A DNA stretch of 64,000 nt, taken from NCBI GenBank assembly GCA_944387375.1, contig CALXEQ010000001.1, positions 483-64,482 of the forward strand, in the 5' to 3' direction. This DNA is from an uncultured Clostridia bacterium (lineage in GTDB: Bacteria > Bacillota > Clostridia > TANB77 > CAG-465). A program made the translations under genes and the position numbers. Of this stretch, positions 36,890-46,317 are shown in pieces. The notes beneath the pieces were generated by a model. The model was not told where the DNA came from, made no database searches, and worked only from the letters and a program-made list of their open reading frames with translations. Each line of letters starts with the position of its first letter. The stretch's first letter is position 1.

Positions 36890-38542
36890 ATGACAAACGA
36901 GTATGTAAAAGATATAGTAAAAAAAATTCCTTATGAACCTGGAATTTATATGATGAAAGATGAAAAGGGAGAAATTATTTATGTTGGTAAAGCTATATCT
37001 TTAAGAAAAAGGGTAAGACAATATTTTCAAAAAAATAATAAAACAGCAAGAATAGAAAAAATGGCATCTTTAGTTAGAAATATAGATTATATAGTAGTAA
37101 AAAATGAGGTAGAAGCACTAAATCTTGAATGTAACTATATAAAAAAGTTGTCTCCTAAATTTAATGTAATGCTTAAAGATGATAAGACATACCCATATAT
37201 TAAAGTTACAATAAAAGATAAATATCCTTTAATATATGTGACCAGAAGAAGAGTAAATGATAAGTCTTTGTATTTTGGACCATATACTAATGTTTCAGCA
37301 ATGCGTGATGCATTACATACAATAAAAGAAATATTTCCTGTTAAAAGATGTAAATATAATTTAGATAAAACTAAAGTTAAAAATGCATGCTTATATTATC
37401 ATATAGGAAGATGTTTAGGACCATGTATTAATGAGGTAAGTCTTAAAGCATATAAAGAAATGATAGAACAAGTTGTATTGTTTTTAGAAGGAAAGACATC
37501 TGATGTAAAAAAGATGATACAAAGTCAGATAGATGAATGTATTGAAAAATTAGAATTTGAAAAAGCATCTGTTCTAAAGCAAAGATTAGACAATATAGAA
37601 AAATTTAGTCAAAAACAAAATGTGTCTAATTTAAATGAGTTAAGTACAGATATATGGGGATATGTGTTTTTGAATGATACATTATATATACAAATATTTA
37701 AAATTAGAGATTATAAGATAGTTTTGCATGATAATGTAAAGATTACAGAGGTATCTCAAGATGAAATAGAGGAGTCTTTAGTACAAATTGTATCAAATTA
37801 TTATACAGACAATAAGGATATGCCAAAAAAAGTATATATAAAATTAGATGAACAAAATATTGTACTTATTAATAAGCTTTTTGATAATAGACAAATAAAA
37901 CTACAAGTTAATTGTCCTAAACGTGGAGAAAAATTAAATTTAATTAAAATGGTAGAAAATAATATTCATATTAATATTGAAGATAATAAAAATAATGTAG
38001 TAAGTGATTTATCTGCTTTACTTGATTTTAAAGAGGGAATAGATTCTATAGAGTGTTATGATATTTCTAATTTAAGAAATGAATATATAGTAGGTTGTAT
38101 GATAAGATTTGAAGACGGTAAACTTAACAAAAGCATGTATAGAAAATTTAAAATTAGAAGTACACTTACTCAAGATGATCCACTTTGTATGTATGAGGTT
38201 ATACAAAGAAGATTAAAACACGCTCAAGATTGGCCACTACCAGATGTAATGCTAATAGATGGTGGAAAAACTCAGCTTAATATGGTAAAAAAAGCAATGC
38301 AGGAGTCTGGTGAACATACTAATATTTATGGTATGGTTAAAAATGATAAACATAGAACACGTGGTTTAATAGATGAAAACGGTAATGAATTTGACTTATC
38401 TAAGGATAAAAAAATACTTAATTTTTTAACTTTTTTACAAGATGAGGTGCATAGGTTTGTTATAACTTATCATAGAAAGTTAAGAGATAGTGTAAAACTT
38501 AAAGATGGAACTGTATATAAAAATGTGAAGAGAAAAAAATAG
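36890..38542 (+). CDS. UvrC-like excinuclease subunit lacking the C-terminal (HhH)2 domain
   Basis: GIY-YIG domain (GIYMMKDEKGEIIYVGKAISLRKRVRQYF). UVR domain (FEKASVLKQRLDNIEK). UvrC endonuclease-domain motifs IECYDISNL...GCMIRFEDGKLNKSMYRKFKI and DEVHRFVITYHRK. The protein then ends with no HhH. SD aggag 9 nt before the ATG at 36890. Confidence 0.65.
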   Translation: MTNEYVKDIVKKIPYEPGIYMMKDEKGEIIYVGKAISLRKRVRQYFQKNNKTARIEKMASLVRNIDYIVVKNEVEALNLECNYIKKLSPKFNVMLKDDKTYPYIKVTIKDKYPLIYVTRRRVNDKSLYFGPYTNVSAMRDALHTIKEIFPVKRCKYNLDKTKVKNACLYYHIGRCLGPCINEVSLKAYKEMIEQVVLFLEGKTSDVKKMIQSQIDECIEKLEFEKASVLKQRLDNIEKFSQKQNVSNLNELSTDIWGYVFLNDTLYIQIFKIRDYKIVLHDNVKITEVSQDEIEESLVQIVSNYYTDNKDMPKKVYIKLDEQNIVLINKLFDNRQIKLQVNCPKRGEKLNLIKMVENNIHINIEDNKNNVVSDLSALLDFKEGIDSIECYDISNLRNEYIVGCMIRFEDGKLNKSMYRKFKIRSTLTQDDPLCMYEVIQRRLKHAQDWPLPDVMLIDGGKTQLNMVKKAMQESGEHTNIYGMVKNDKHRTRGLIDENGNEFDLSKDKKILNFLTFLQDEVHRFVITYHRKLRDSVKLKDGTVYKNVKRKK

Positions 38543-38551
38543 GGGGATTTT

Positions 38552-38938
38552 ATGAAGGTAATAACTATAAAGCAACCTTGGGCAACATTAATTGTAGAAG
38601 GATATAAGAGATTTGAATTTAGAAGTTGGAAAACAAATTATAGAGGGGATATACTTATTCATGCTGGAAAAGGAATAGATAAAGAGGCAATGGAGCGTCT
38701 TAAAAAATATTTACCAGATGAAATACCTATTGGAAAAATAATAGGCAAGGCAACTCTTACAGACTGCGTTCCAATGAGTAAAGATTTTGCAGATATGCTA
38801 TCAAAAGAAAATAATGATATTTATACAACTCATTCTTTTTCTAGAAATTATGGATTTAAACTTGAAAATGTAGAAAAGCTAGATAATCTAATTGAAATTA
38901 GAGGACAACTCGGACTTTGGAATTACAATAATAGTTGA
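38552..38938 (+). CDS. ASCH (PUA-like) domain protein
   Basis: MKVITIKQPWATLIVEGYKRFEFRSW is the ASCH signature. Confidence 0.65.
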   Translation: MKVITIKQPWATLIVEGYKRFEFRSWKTNYRGDILIHAGKGIDKEAMERLKKYLPDEIPIGKIIGKATLTDCVPMSKDFADMLSKENNDIYTTHSFSRNYGFKLENVEKLDNLIEIRGQLGLWNYNNS

Positions 38939-39066
38939 CATAAAATTAAAAACGTGTTATAATAACTACAGACGTTTTTTTACTTTATATTAGTACTTAA
39001 TAGTCTAATAGGGAATATGATTTCTTAGTCAAAAGGATAGTATTCTAGAAAAAAGGAGTTGAAAAA

Positions 39067-39582
39067 ATGAACAGTTTTGTTGGTAAAGCTATAAGCAATA
39101 CCAAGAAAATGGTACCAGACTATTGGAAAAATACTTGCAAGAACCGTTTAAACGGTGGAGTTGGTAGCGTATATGACCAATTTTCAAGCGTTGAAGAACT
39201 TGAGAAAGCTCTTTTAAATGCTGATTGGACTGAAACTACACATCCTGACGTTATGCCGGGTTGCAGAGTGTTTAAGGCTCACTTAGAGGGAAGATTTGGA
39301 ATCGTTAAGATCTCAGATCTACCAGACGATGCTAAGATCGTTGCTGATGATAGTAAGCATACTGGTAAAGTTGCTATGACTGTCAAAGGCATAAGAGGAA
39401 AAATAGTACCTGATACTTATCTAATTGTAGGTAAGGAAGATGGTGTAGACGTTGTGTTTACATTTCATCCAGGTGAACCTATTCGTCCTTCTGTGATTGA
39501 AGTGTCTGAAGTTAGTCATGGTTCTATAGTCTCTAAAGCGAAAGCTAAGAGTTTAGGCTTTGACTATGCTAAGATAGTTTAG
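39067..39582 (+). CDS. Hypothetical protein with anomalous GC content (about 40-48% against about 27% background), possible horizontally acquired orphan
   Basis: Good SD aaaaaggag. Clear ORF using GC-rich codons (ccg, ggc, cgt) that are rare elsewhere in the window. No family recognised. Confidence 0.6.
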   Translation: MNSFVGKAISNTKKMVPDYWKNTCKNRLNGGVGSVYDQFSSVEELEKALLNADWTETTHPDVMPGCRVFKAHLEGRFGIVKISDLPDDAKIVADDSKHTGKVAMTVKGIRGKIVPDTYLIVGKEDGVDVVFTFHPGEPIRPSVIEVSEVSHGSIVSKAKAKSLGFDYAKIV

Positions 39583-39755
39583 TCTGTCTGGTGGCGGTAA
39601 AATGGCTCTGACATAGATAGATATTTAATATTTATTAGTATGTCCCGCGACTAATCCCGAGCTCTACCTTTTTTAAGGATTAAATTAGACCTCTATATGG
39701 TTTGACACCCATAATATGTTTATTTTATGAACTAAAAAAGCTAGTTATTAACACA

Positions 39756-39788
39756 GAAGATGAATTAAAATTCATCTTTATTTTTTTG
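39756..39788 (+). terminator. Rho-independent terminator closing the GC-anomalous islet
   Basis: gaagatgaatt / aattcatctt stem with an aaaa loop, followed by a tttatttttttg run. Confidence 0.65.
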
Positions 39789-39866
39789 TCTTTTAGATTT
39801 TGTATACTATTTAATTGAAAAATTGTAAATTATTATATATCATATTAGTATAGGAGGGGAAGATAT

Positions 39867-40562
39867 ATGAATATGAAAAATGTGCTAATAGGAGTATTTG
39901 CTACAACAACAGTAATATTTGCTGGATTTACAATATATTTGGGAATAACTCTATCAAATGAAGTCGAAAAAAACGCTCAACTTGAAGCACTAACAGCTCA
40001 AGAAGAAGTAGAAGTTAAAGAAGAAACAGAAAGTCAAAATATTAATGAAGAGGAATATAGTAGAATTTTTAAGTTCTCAGATGAAATTAATGTAGTTAAT
40101 GTACAAGATAGAAATTATACAACAATAACAAGAAGCTCATCTGCACCACTTGGTGTAGGAGCTACTATAGAAAATGATAGTATTGTATGTTTGTCATTAG
40201 AAAAAATAGAAAATGATATGTCATTTGATGTTGAAAAATATGATTATTATCCTAGAATTGATTTTGGAGATAGAAAAGTTCAAAATGTATATAATACAGG
40301 ACCAGGTGGAACAGGTTATGGATTTTTTATATTATTTTTAATGGAAGATGGAACAGTTGAATATATGCCACTTGCATATGCTATAGCTAATAATGATTTT
40401 AGGAGTTATGGAAAGATAGAAGGAGCAGAAAATATTGTAGATATATTAGATGCTAGTGCACCACTTTATGGTACGACCACTTTACTAGTTCAAAAAGACG
40501 GTACAGCATATGATATAGGAGACCAACTAATGAGGATAATCGAGCAGTATCCAGATAGGTAA
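39867..40562 (+). CDS. Hypothetical membrane-anchored protein
   Basis: SD ggagggg. An N-terminal TM helix followed by a soluble domain. No family recognised. Confidence 0.5.
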   Translation: MNMKNVLIGVFATTTVIFAGFTIYLGITLSNEVEKNAQLEALTAQEEVEVKEETESQNINEEEYSRIFKFSDEINVVNVQDRNYTTITRSSSAPLGVGATIENDSIVCLSLEKIENDMSFDVEKYDYYPRIDFGDRKVQNVYNTGPGGTGYGFFILFLMEDGTVEYMPLAYAIANNDFRSYGKIEGAENIVDILDASAPLYGTTTLLVQKDGTAYDIGDQLMRIIEQYPDR

Positions 40563-40573
40563 AATATAAAACT

Positions 40574-40622
40574 AAAAAAGCATAATTTTACATTTTATTT
40601 TAATGTAAGTTATGCTTTTTTA
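40574..40622. terminator. Bidirectional terminator between convergent genes
   Basis: Long hairpin aaaaagcataa ... ttatgcttttt with extra inner pairing (ttacatt / aatgtaa). Confidence 0.65.
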
Positions 40623-40627
40623 TATAT

Positions 40628-41122
40628 TTATACATTTATATATTCTTTAAATTGGTTTTTCCAAATATTTGTTAGATTTTCTAGCGAATATTTTGCATTT
40701 GCAGGGCTAGAGGAAGGAAGACAAATAATTGGAATATTTATTTTATCTTTATAAAATTTTAAAAATATTTTGTATGATGTATTTCCATTACAAAATATTG
40801 CTTGTATATTACTATTTAAAATAATTTTATCTATATTGTTTGGAGTAGCTTTTTTTATACTTGAATCACTTGATGCGGTTATTTGGCAACTTTTAATAGT
40901 ATCCCAAAGTGCAATATGGTATTTGAGTAAAAATTCTTTTTTTGTTTCTATGTTATTTTGTATTTTTTCATTAAAGATATTCTCTAGTATTTTCCAAAAT
41001 CTATTTTGTGGATGTCCATAGTAAAAATTAATTTCTCGAGACTTTACTGATGGAAAACTTCCAAGTATTAAAATTTTACTTTCGTTATTATATACTGGCT
41101 CAAATGGATGTGTTACTATCAT
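40628..41122 (-). CDS. Uracil-DNA glycosylase superfamily protein (family 6 hypoxanthine-DNA-glycosylase-like)
   Basis: ILILGSFPSVKSRE...YYGHPQNRFW motifs of the G/U-mismatch and hypoxanthine DNA glycosylase clade. 164 aa. Confidence 0.7.
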   Translation of the reverse strand: MIVTHPFEPVYNNESKILILGSFPSVKSREINFYYGHPQNRFWKILENIFNEKIQNNIETKKEFLLKYHIALWDTIKSCQITASSDSSIKKATPNNIDKIILNSNIQAIFCNGNTSYKIFLKFYKDKINIPIICLPSSSPANAKYSLENLTNIWKNQFKEYINV

Positions 41123-41228
41123 TTTTACCTCCTTTTTTTATATATTCTATCATATAAATCAAGTTATAAAAATATTGAGTAAAGTTTTTTTATGTGATAA
41201 TATTAAATTAATATAGGAGGTTAGTGTT

Positions 41229-42176
41229 ATGAAAGAGATAGATGAAGAAATGAATGGTTTTAAGGATATGAGGATAGTAGATAACTTTTACCAAACATCA
41301 AGTTTTTTCCCTATGCCTACTACTGAGATTGGAACTTTAAATGAGGAAGGAAAGACAAACTTAGGCTCATATTCTTTATGTTTTCCATATTATATAGCAG
41401 GAAAAGACTATTATGCTATGTTACTTTGCTGTAGAAATAGTTCTAACACATGTAAAAATATATTAAGAACCGGAAAGTGTTCAATTAATTTTATAACTCA
41501 CGATAGAAAATTTTTTAAAGAGGCTGTAAGACTAGGATACCCAGGTGAGACAACAGATGAAAAAATGAAAGATTGTTTATTTACTTTAGTTGATGGGAAA
41601 AGAGCAAGAGAAAATCCTAATGAAAAATATCCTAAGGTTGTAAAGGAAGCATATCAAGTATTTGAATGTACATGGGTAAAAGAATTAGATAATGCTCAAG
41701 ACGATAAAGTACAAGACGAATATTTACCACCATATCATAATTTTAATGGTATAACAAGTCAATATGGAGCACATTTTATATTAAAAATAGATAATATTTT
41801 AATGAAGAAAAAATATTATAATTCAATAATAAATGGTGTAACTGCATCAGGATTTCCTCAGATTCCAGTAGATTATGGATATAGAGACAGCAAATATTTC
41901 TGGTATACAAAGTTTAGAAGACCTATTGCAGAACCAATACCAGCAAGTAAAGGAATAAGTTTAGATACAGTAAAATATGCAGCGTCAAGACTTGATCCAG
42001 ATGTTAAATTTACAGATGAAGCATGTAAAAAATTAGTTAAAGTACCAAGAGTATTTTTAAATACAGTATTAAAAGGATGTGTAGCATGGGCAAAAGAGAA
42101 TAATGTATCTTTAATTACAGAAAAGGAAATGGATATAATTAATGATAAAAGAAATAAAGAAAAGCAAGGAAAATAG
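41229..42176 (+). CDS. Flavin-reductase-like (FMN-binding split-barrel) domain protein
   Basis: TNLGSYSLCF...CKNILRTGKCSINFITHDRKFFKEAV follows the flavin reductase-like domain pattern. Low certainty. Confidence 0.45.
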   Translation: MKEIDEEMNGFKDMRIVDNFYQTSSFFPMPTTEIGTLNEEGKTNLGSYSLCFPYYIAGKDYYAMLLCCRNSSNTCKNILRTGKCSINFITHDRKFFKEAVRLGYPGETTDEKMKDCLFTLVDGKRARENPNEKYPKVVKEAYQVFECTWVKELDNAQDDKVQDEYLPPYHNFNGITSQYGAHFILKIDNILMKKKYYNSIINGVTASGFPQIPVDYGYRDSKYFWYTKFRRPIAEPIPASKGISLDTVKYAASRLDPDVKFTDEACKKLVKVPRVFLNTVLKGCVAWAKENNVSLITEKEMDIINDKRNKEKQGK

Positions 42177-42278
42177 TTTATTTATTACAAAAATGTTACT
42201 AAAAAAAGTATACTAAAACATATAATTTAGTTGATAATTCAAAGAAAATGTAGTAAAATATGCATGAAAGGTGATTTT

Positions 42279-43322
42279 ATGATAGGAATTACAAAAAGTG
42301 AATTTGAAAACTCATTATTAAGACAAGATGTAGTTGAATATTACCTTAATATGTCAAAAGATGAGATTGAATATAAATTTGGAAAAGAAATATCTGACAT
42401 GGTAGGATATAATCAAAATAATCCACATGAGTGCTATAATTTATTTGAACATACTTTAAGAACTGTTAAGGATATTCCTACAGGTGAATTGTCAAATGAA
42501 GAAATAAAATTATTGAAAATATCAGCGTTTTTACACGATATTGGAAAACCAGCTGTTGCACAAGAAGTATTTGGAAAAATCACTTATTTTGGAAGTGAAA
42601 TAGAGTCATCAAAAATGGCAAAGAATTTTTTAGAAGAACTAGGATATTCTCAAGAAGACATACAAAGAATATGTTTTTATATACTACATTTAGAAGATTT
42701 TATGTATTATAAGGATGATTTACCATATTATTATGATCATCATGCTTTTATAAAGAAAATATCACCTCAAACTATTGCAGAGCAAATGATAGAAAACGAA
42801 TATAAATTTATATCAATAGGGTTAGATAATTTACAAATTAAAGCGGTGTGTTATGCTTTAGTTAGAAATGAAGAATGGCCACTTTTTGAGGATGAAAAAG
42901 GAAATGAAGTGAAGATAGCGCCTGTTGATATGCAGGATTTAAAATGCAGACTTGTTGATATAAAAAATGAGTATACTCCTACATTAAAAGATTATAAAAT
43001 GCTTGTAAAGCTTAGTATAGCAAATTATAAAGCACAAGCAAAAAGATCTTATCAAAGAGGAAAGCTAATAGCTACTCGTGCTGAAAAAGTAAGAGTTGCA
43101 GCTATAATAGAGGGAGTATTACCTGAAGCATATAAAGTATTTAAAAATTCAATGGAAAAATATCAGATGGACGGAGCTTTAACTCAAGAATTGATTGATG
43201 CAACGAATGAATATAATGAGCTTGTTGCTATGAATCAAATAGAACAGATGAGAGAAGAAAATGCTAAAAATTTAATGAACAAATTTAATGATATGAAAAT
43301 ACGATTAACTATGAAATCTTAG
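42279..43322 (+). CDS. HD-domain phosphohydrolase
   Basis: LFEHTLRT...LHDIGKP is an HD motif. Start set at the ATG at 42279 after aaaggtga. Confidence 0.65.
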   Translation: MIGITKSEFENSLLRQDVVEYYLNMSKDEIEYKFGKEISDMVGYNQNNPHECYNLFEHTLRTVKDIPTGELSNEEIKLLKISAFLHDIGKPAVAQEVFGKITYFGSEIESSKMAKNFLEELGYSQEDIQRICFYILHLEDFMYYKDDLPYYYDHHAFIKKISPQTIAEQMIENEYKFISIGLDNLQIKAVCYALVRNEEWPLFEDEKGNEVKIAPVDMQDLKCRLVDIKNEYTPTLKDYKMLVKLSIANYKAQAKRSYQRGKLIATRAEKVRVAAIIEGVLPEAYKVFKNSMEKYQMDGALTQELIDATNEYNELVAMNQIEQMREENAKNLMNKFNDMKIRLTMKS

Positions 43323-43331
43323 GAGGATATT

Positions 43332-43733
43332 ATGGTAGAAGAATATTATAATTTACCTATGGTAAGAGAAAATTTTGTCTCAAGAAATTTAAAAAAATTG
43401 TTTCAAGGCTTTTTTAATATAAAAAGAAAAAAAAGAGACCAAAAAAGAGCACAAATATTAGCACAAAGAGCAAAACAAAATAACAAATTTAGTGATTCTG
43501 TTAAAGTTAGTGGTGTGCATCAAAGAGTAGATATTTATGAGTTTCAAAATATGTATAGACGTGGTGATATATCTATTGAAAATATGAATGAAGATCAAAA
43601 ATATGCTTTAATAAAACTATTTGAAATGCAAAATGAGAGATTAAGAGCAAGTATACAAGAACATAAGAAAAATACAGAAGCATATAATATGGAAGTTCAA
43701 AGATTAAAAAAAGAATTAGATATAATTGGATAA
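43332..43733 (+). CDS. Hypothetical coiled-coil protein
   Basis: 133-aa charged ORF with SD aggagg. Confidence 0.45.
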   Translation: MVEEYYNLPMVRENFVSRNLKKLFQGFFNIKRKKRDQKRAQILAQRAKQNNKFSDSVKVSGVHQRVDIYEFQNMYRRGDISIENMNEDQKYALIKLFEMQNERLRASIQEHKKNTEAYNMEVQRLKKELDIIG

Positions 43734-43734
43734 A

Positions 43735-43760
43735 AGTAGAAAATTTTTTCTACTTTTTTC
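43735..43760 (+). terminator. Rho-independent terminator
   Basis: agtagaaaa / ttttctact stem followed by a T-run. Confidence 0.6.
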
Positions 43761-43803
43761 TTGTATTTATATGGTATAATATAATTATTTAGGAGATGAT
43801 AAC

Positions 43804-44340
43804 ATGAATGAAATAATAGAAAATATAATAACTAGAAGAAGTATAAAATCATATGATAAGAGTAAAAAAGTGGAAAAAGAAAAACTAGATAAAATATTAG
43901 AAGCTGGTACATATGCTGCATGTGGAATGGGAGCACAGTCTCCATTAATTGTAGTTGTTCAAGATGAAAAAATAAGAGAAAAGCTAAGGAAAATGAATCT
44001 TAAAGCTATGGGTAAAACAGGTAATGAAGCTATAGATCCATTTTATAGTGCACCAATAATAGTAATAGTTCTTGCAGATAAGAGTATAATGACATATAAA
44101 GAGGATGGAAGTTTAGTTATAGGAAATATGATGAATGCTGCACATAGTCTAAATGTTGATTCTTGTTGGATACATAGGGCATATGAAGAATTTGAGAGTG
44201 AAGAAGGAAAAGAATTATTAAAAAGTTGGGGGATTGATGAAAATAAGTATGTAGGAGTTGGACATTGTATATTAGGATATAGAAATTGTGAGTATCCAAG
44301 TTCCAAACCTAGAAAAAAGGATTATATAAAATATATATAA
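43804..44340 (+). CDS. Nitroreductase family protein
   Basis: ITRRSIKSYD N-terminal motif. About 178 aa. Confidence 0.78.
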   Translation: MNEIIENIITRRSIKSYDKSKKVEKEKLDKILEAGTYAACGMGAQSPLIVVVQDEKIREKLRKMNLKAMGKTGNEAIDPFYSAPIIVIVLADKSIMTYKEDGSLVIGNMMNAAHSLNVDSCWIHRAYEEFESEEGKELLKSWGIDENKYVGVGHCILGYRNCEYPSSKPRKKDYIKYI

Positions 44341-44354
44341 AATATAATAATTAA

Positions 44355-44396
44355 ATAAAAATAGATGCTGATATTAAATCCAGCATCTATTTTTAA
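44355..44396. terminator. Bidirectional terminator
   Basis: atagatgctg / cagcatctat stem flanked by an A-run and a T-run. Confidence 0.65.
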
Positions 44397-44407
44397 CGTG
44401 TATATAT

Positions 44408-45328
44408 TTAAGAATTATTAGTTTTATTAAAATAAATTCCCTGATATAAATTTTTTTCTTTTAAAATTTTTTCAATTCCATTAAGAACTAATTTCTTATG
44501 AGTATTCCAATTTGGTGCTATAAGAAGATCTTTTGGAGCATCACCACTTATTCTATGAATTATTATATCAGGATTTATATGAGTTATAATATATGTAAGA
44601 CAATTTAAATAATATTCTAGAGTAATAGGAGTGTATACATTATCTAAATACATTTTTTCTAATTTTGTATTACTTATTATATAGGTAGAATGTATTTTTA
44701 TACCTTGAATATTTTGATTATTTAAAAAGTTTACAGTTTCTTTTATATCATTAAAAGCTTCTTTAGGAAGTCCTACCATTATATGAGCTATAACATCTAT
44801 TTTATATTTATTTAAGATTTTTACAGCATTTATAAAATCTTCAGAAGAATAACATCTATTAATTAATTCTCCTAATTTATCATTTGATGTTTGAAGACCA
44901 AGTTCTACACAAACATAATATTTTTTGCTATATTCATGTAATAATTTAGCTATATTTTCGTCTATGCAATCAGGTCTTGTTGCAATTTGTATTCCTACAA
45001 TTTTCTTATTTATAAAAACTTGATCATATTTTTTCTTTAAGTTTTCAACAGAATCATAAGTATTAGTAAAATTTTGAAAATATGCGATAAATTTGTTTGC
45101 TCTTTTTCCTCTATAGCTCTTTAAATGATTATTTATTTGAGAAGGAATATCTATTTTATTTAGATGTTCACCCGAACCTCTTTGTCCACAAAATATACAT
45201 CCACCAGTTCCTTTTTTTCCATCACGATTGGGGCAAGTAAAGTTAGCATCTATGCAGATTTTTAAAGTTCTTTCGCCAAATTTGTTTTTTAAATAAGTAT
45301 TTAAGTGATTATATCTTTCTTTTTCCAT
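44408..45328 (-). CDS. Radical SAM protein, TIGR01212 family
   Basis: CPNRDGKKGTGGCIFCG cysteine motif and the typical length (about 306 aa) of TIGR01212. Confidence 0.8.
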   Translation of the reverse strand: MEKERYNHLNTYLKNKFGERTLKICIDANFTCPNRDGKKGTGGCIFCGQRGSGEHLNKIDIPSQINNHLKSYRGKRANKFIAYFQNFTNTYDSVENLKKKYDQVFINKKIVGIQIATRPDCIDENIAKLLHEYSKKYYVCVELGLQTSNDKLGELINRCYSSEDFINAVKILNKYKIDVIAHIMVGLPKEAFNDIKETVNFLNNQNIQGIKIHSTYIISNTKLEKMYLDNVYTPITLEYYLNCLTYIITHINPDIIIHRISGDAPKDLLIAPNWNTHKKLVLNGIEKILKEKNLYQGIYFNKTNNS

Positions 45329-45417
45329 AATATATTTAGTATAGCAAAAATTTACATAAAAAACAATATTAAAAATAAGTATAATTTAATAAATTTTGTA
45401 AATAATATTTTTAGGAG

Positions 45418-45633
45418 ATGAGAAATATGAGAAAAGGTGATGATAGAATAAAATGTAATGTAGCAAAATGTGTACATAATTGTATAGATGATTCAACATG
45501 TAGATTAAATTCAATAAAAGTATGTGAATGTATGAATGATAAAAATAGTAAAAAAAGAGAAGATCAAACTGCATGTGGTTCTTATGAGTACTCTGGAAAT
45601 TTGAATCAATCGGAGATACTAGGAGGCAATTAA
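45418..45633 (+). CDS. DUF1540-like small cysteine-rich protein
   Basis: CNVAKCVHNC...CRLNSIKVCEC, a repeated Cys pattern typical of DUF1540. SD aggag. Terminator immediately downstream. Confidence 0.6.
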   Translation: MRNMRKGDDRIKCNVAKCVHNCIDDSTCRLNSIKVCECMNDKNSKKREDQTACGSYEYSGNLNQSEILGGN

Positions 45634-45662
45634 AAGCTCACTTCAAATGAAGTGAGTTTTTG
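45634..45662 (+). terminator. Rho-independent terminator
   Basis: aagctcacttca / tgaagtgagt stem plus TTTTT. Confidence 0.65.
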
Positions 45663-45669
45663 GTATTAT

Positions 45670-46119
45670 TCGGATATTATCATATAAACATTGTGATTTA
45701 CTGTTCTTGAAGGATAAACACGTGTTACTGTTGTTAAGAATTTTACTTTTTCAACGACACAATCATATAATACATATTTGTACTTATATTTTAGATATTC
45801 GTTTTCAAATATTTCTTTATATACATCATCTATTAATAATGTGTTTTCATATTCACAATCTTTAAACTTTGACTTTACAGGAATAAATTCTCCAACATAT
45901 TTTAGTATGGGATTTATTCGTATTATTGATTCTTTATTAAAATAATTTCCTAAATGAAGTATTTTTAGTCCGACCTCTTTTGTCTATATCAAAGTTTATT
46001 TGTTCTAAATCTGTGTCGCTGTCTGCCTTTCTTGCAAGATATATTAAATTATCCTCATTTTTAATTTGATAAATTTCAAGTCCGTCTAATTTACGTGAGT
46101 TATTTAAAAATTTTCTCAT
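45670..46119 (-). pseudogene. Frameshifted gene: 60-codon N-terminal ORF (46119..45937) continues in another frame for about 90 more codons
   Basis: The minus-strand ORF has a good SD (aggaaggag) and stops at 45937. An open frame without a Met (NKESIIRINPILKYVGEF...VYPSRTVNHNVYMIISE) continues directly downstream in a different frame. Confidence 0.45.
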
Positions 46120-46317
46120 AATTAACTCCTTCCTGACACGTATTAATGTGTCTATAAATTATTATATATTTCCATATACATGAGTATTATATCACAGTTA
46201 CTGTATTATGTAAAGCAGACAACAAATATATTTAATTATTTAAGATAGATACTTGAAAAAATTAGTTGCATAAGTACTAAAATAGTAATATAATAATATA
46301 GATAAAGGAGAAAAAAT

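Noticed and set aside
39588-39665. A possible tRNA on the minus strand. The plus strand reads tggtggcgg, which would be the 3' end ...CCGCCACCA of a tRNA. The reverse complement also contains ggtagagc, a D-arm-like motif.
   Set aside because: Wrote out the reverse complement. The 5' end (ggtagag) cannot pair with the 3' acceptor strand (taccgcc). No T-arm GTTCGAATCC-like loop or cloverleaf could be built. Left as an unexplained GC-rich noncoding tail (see findings).
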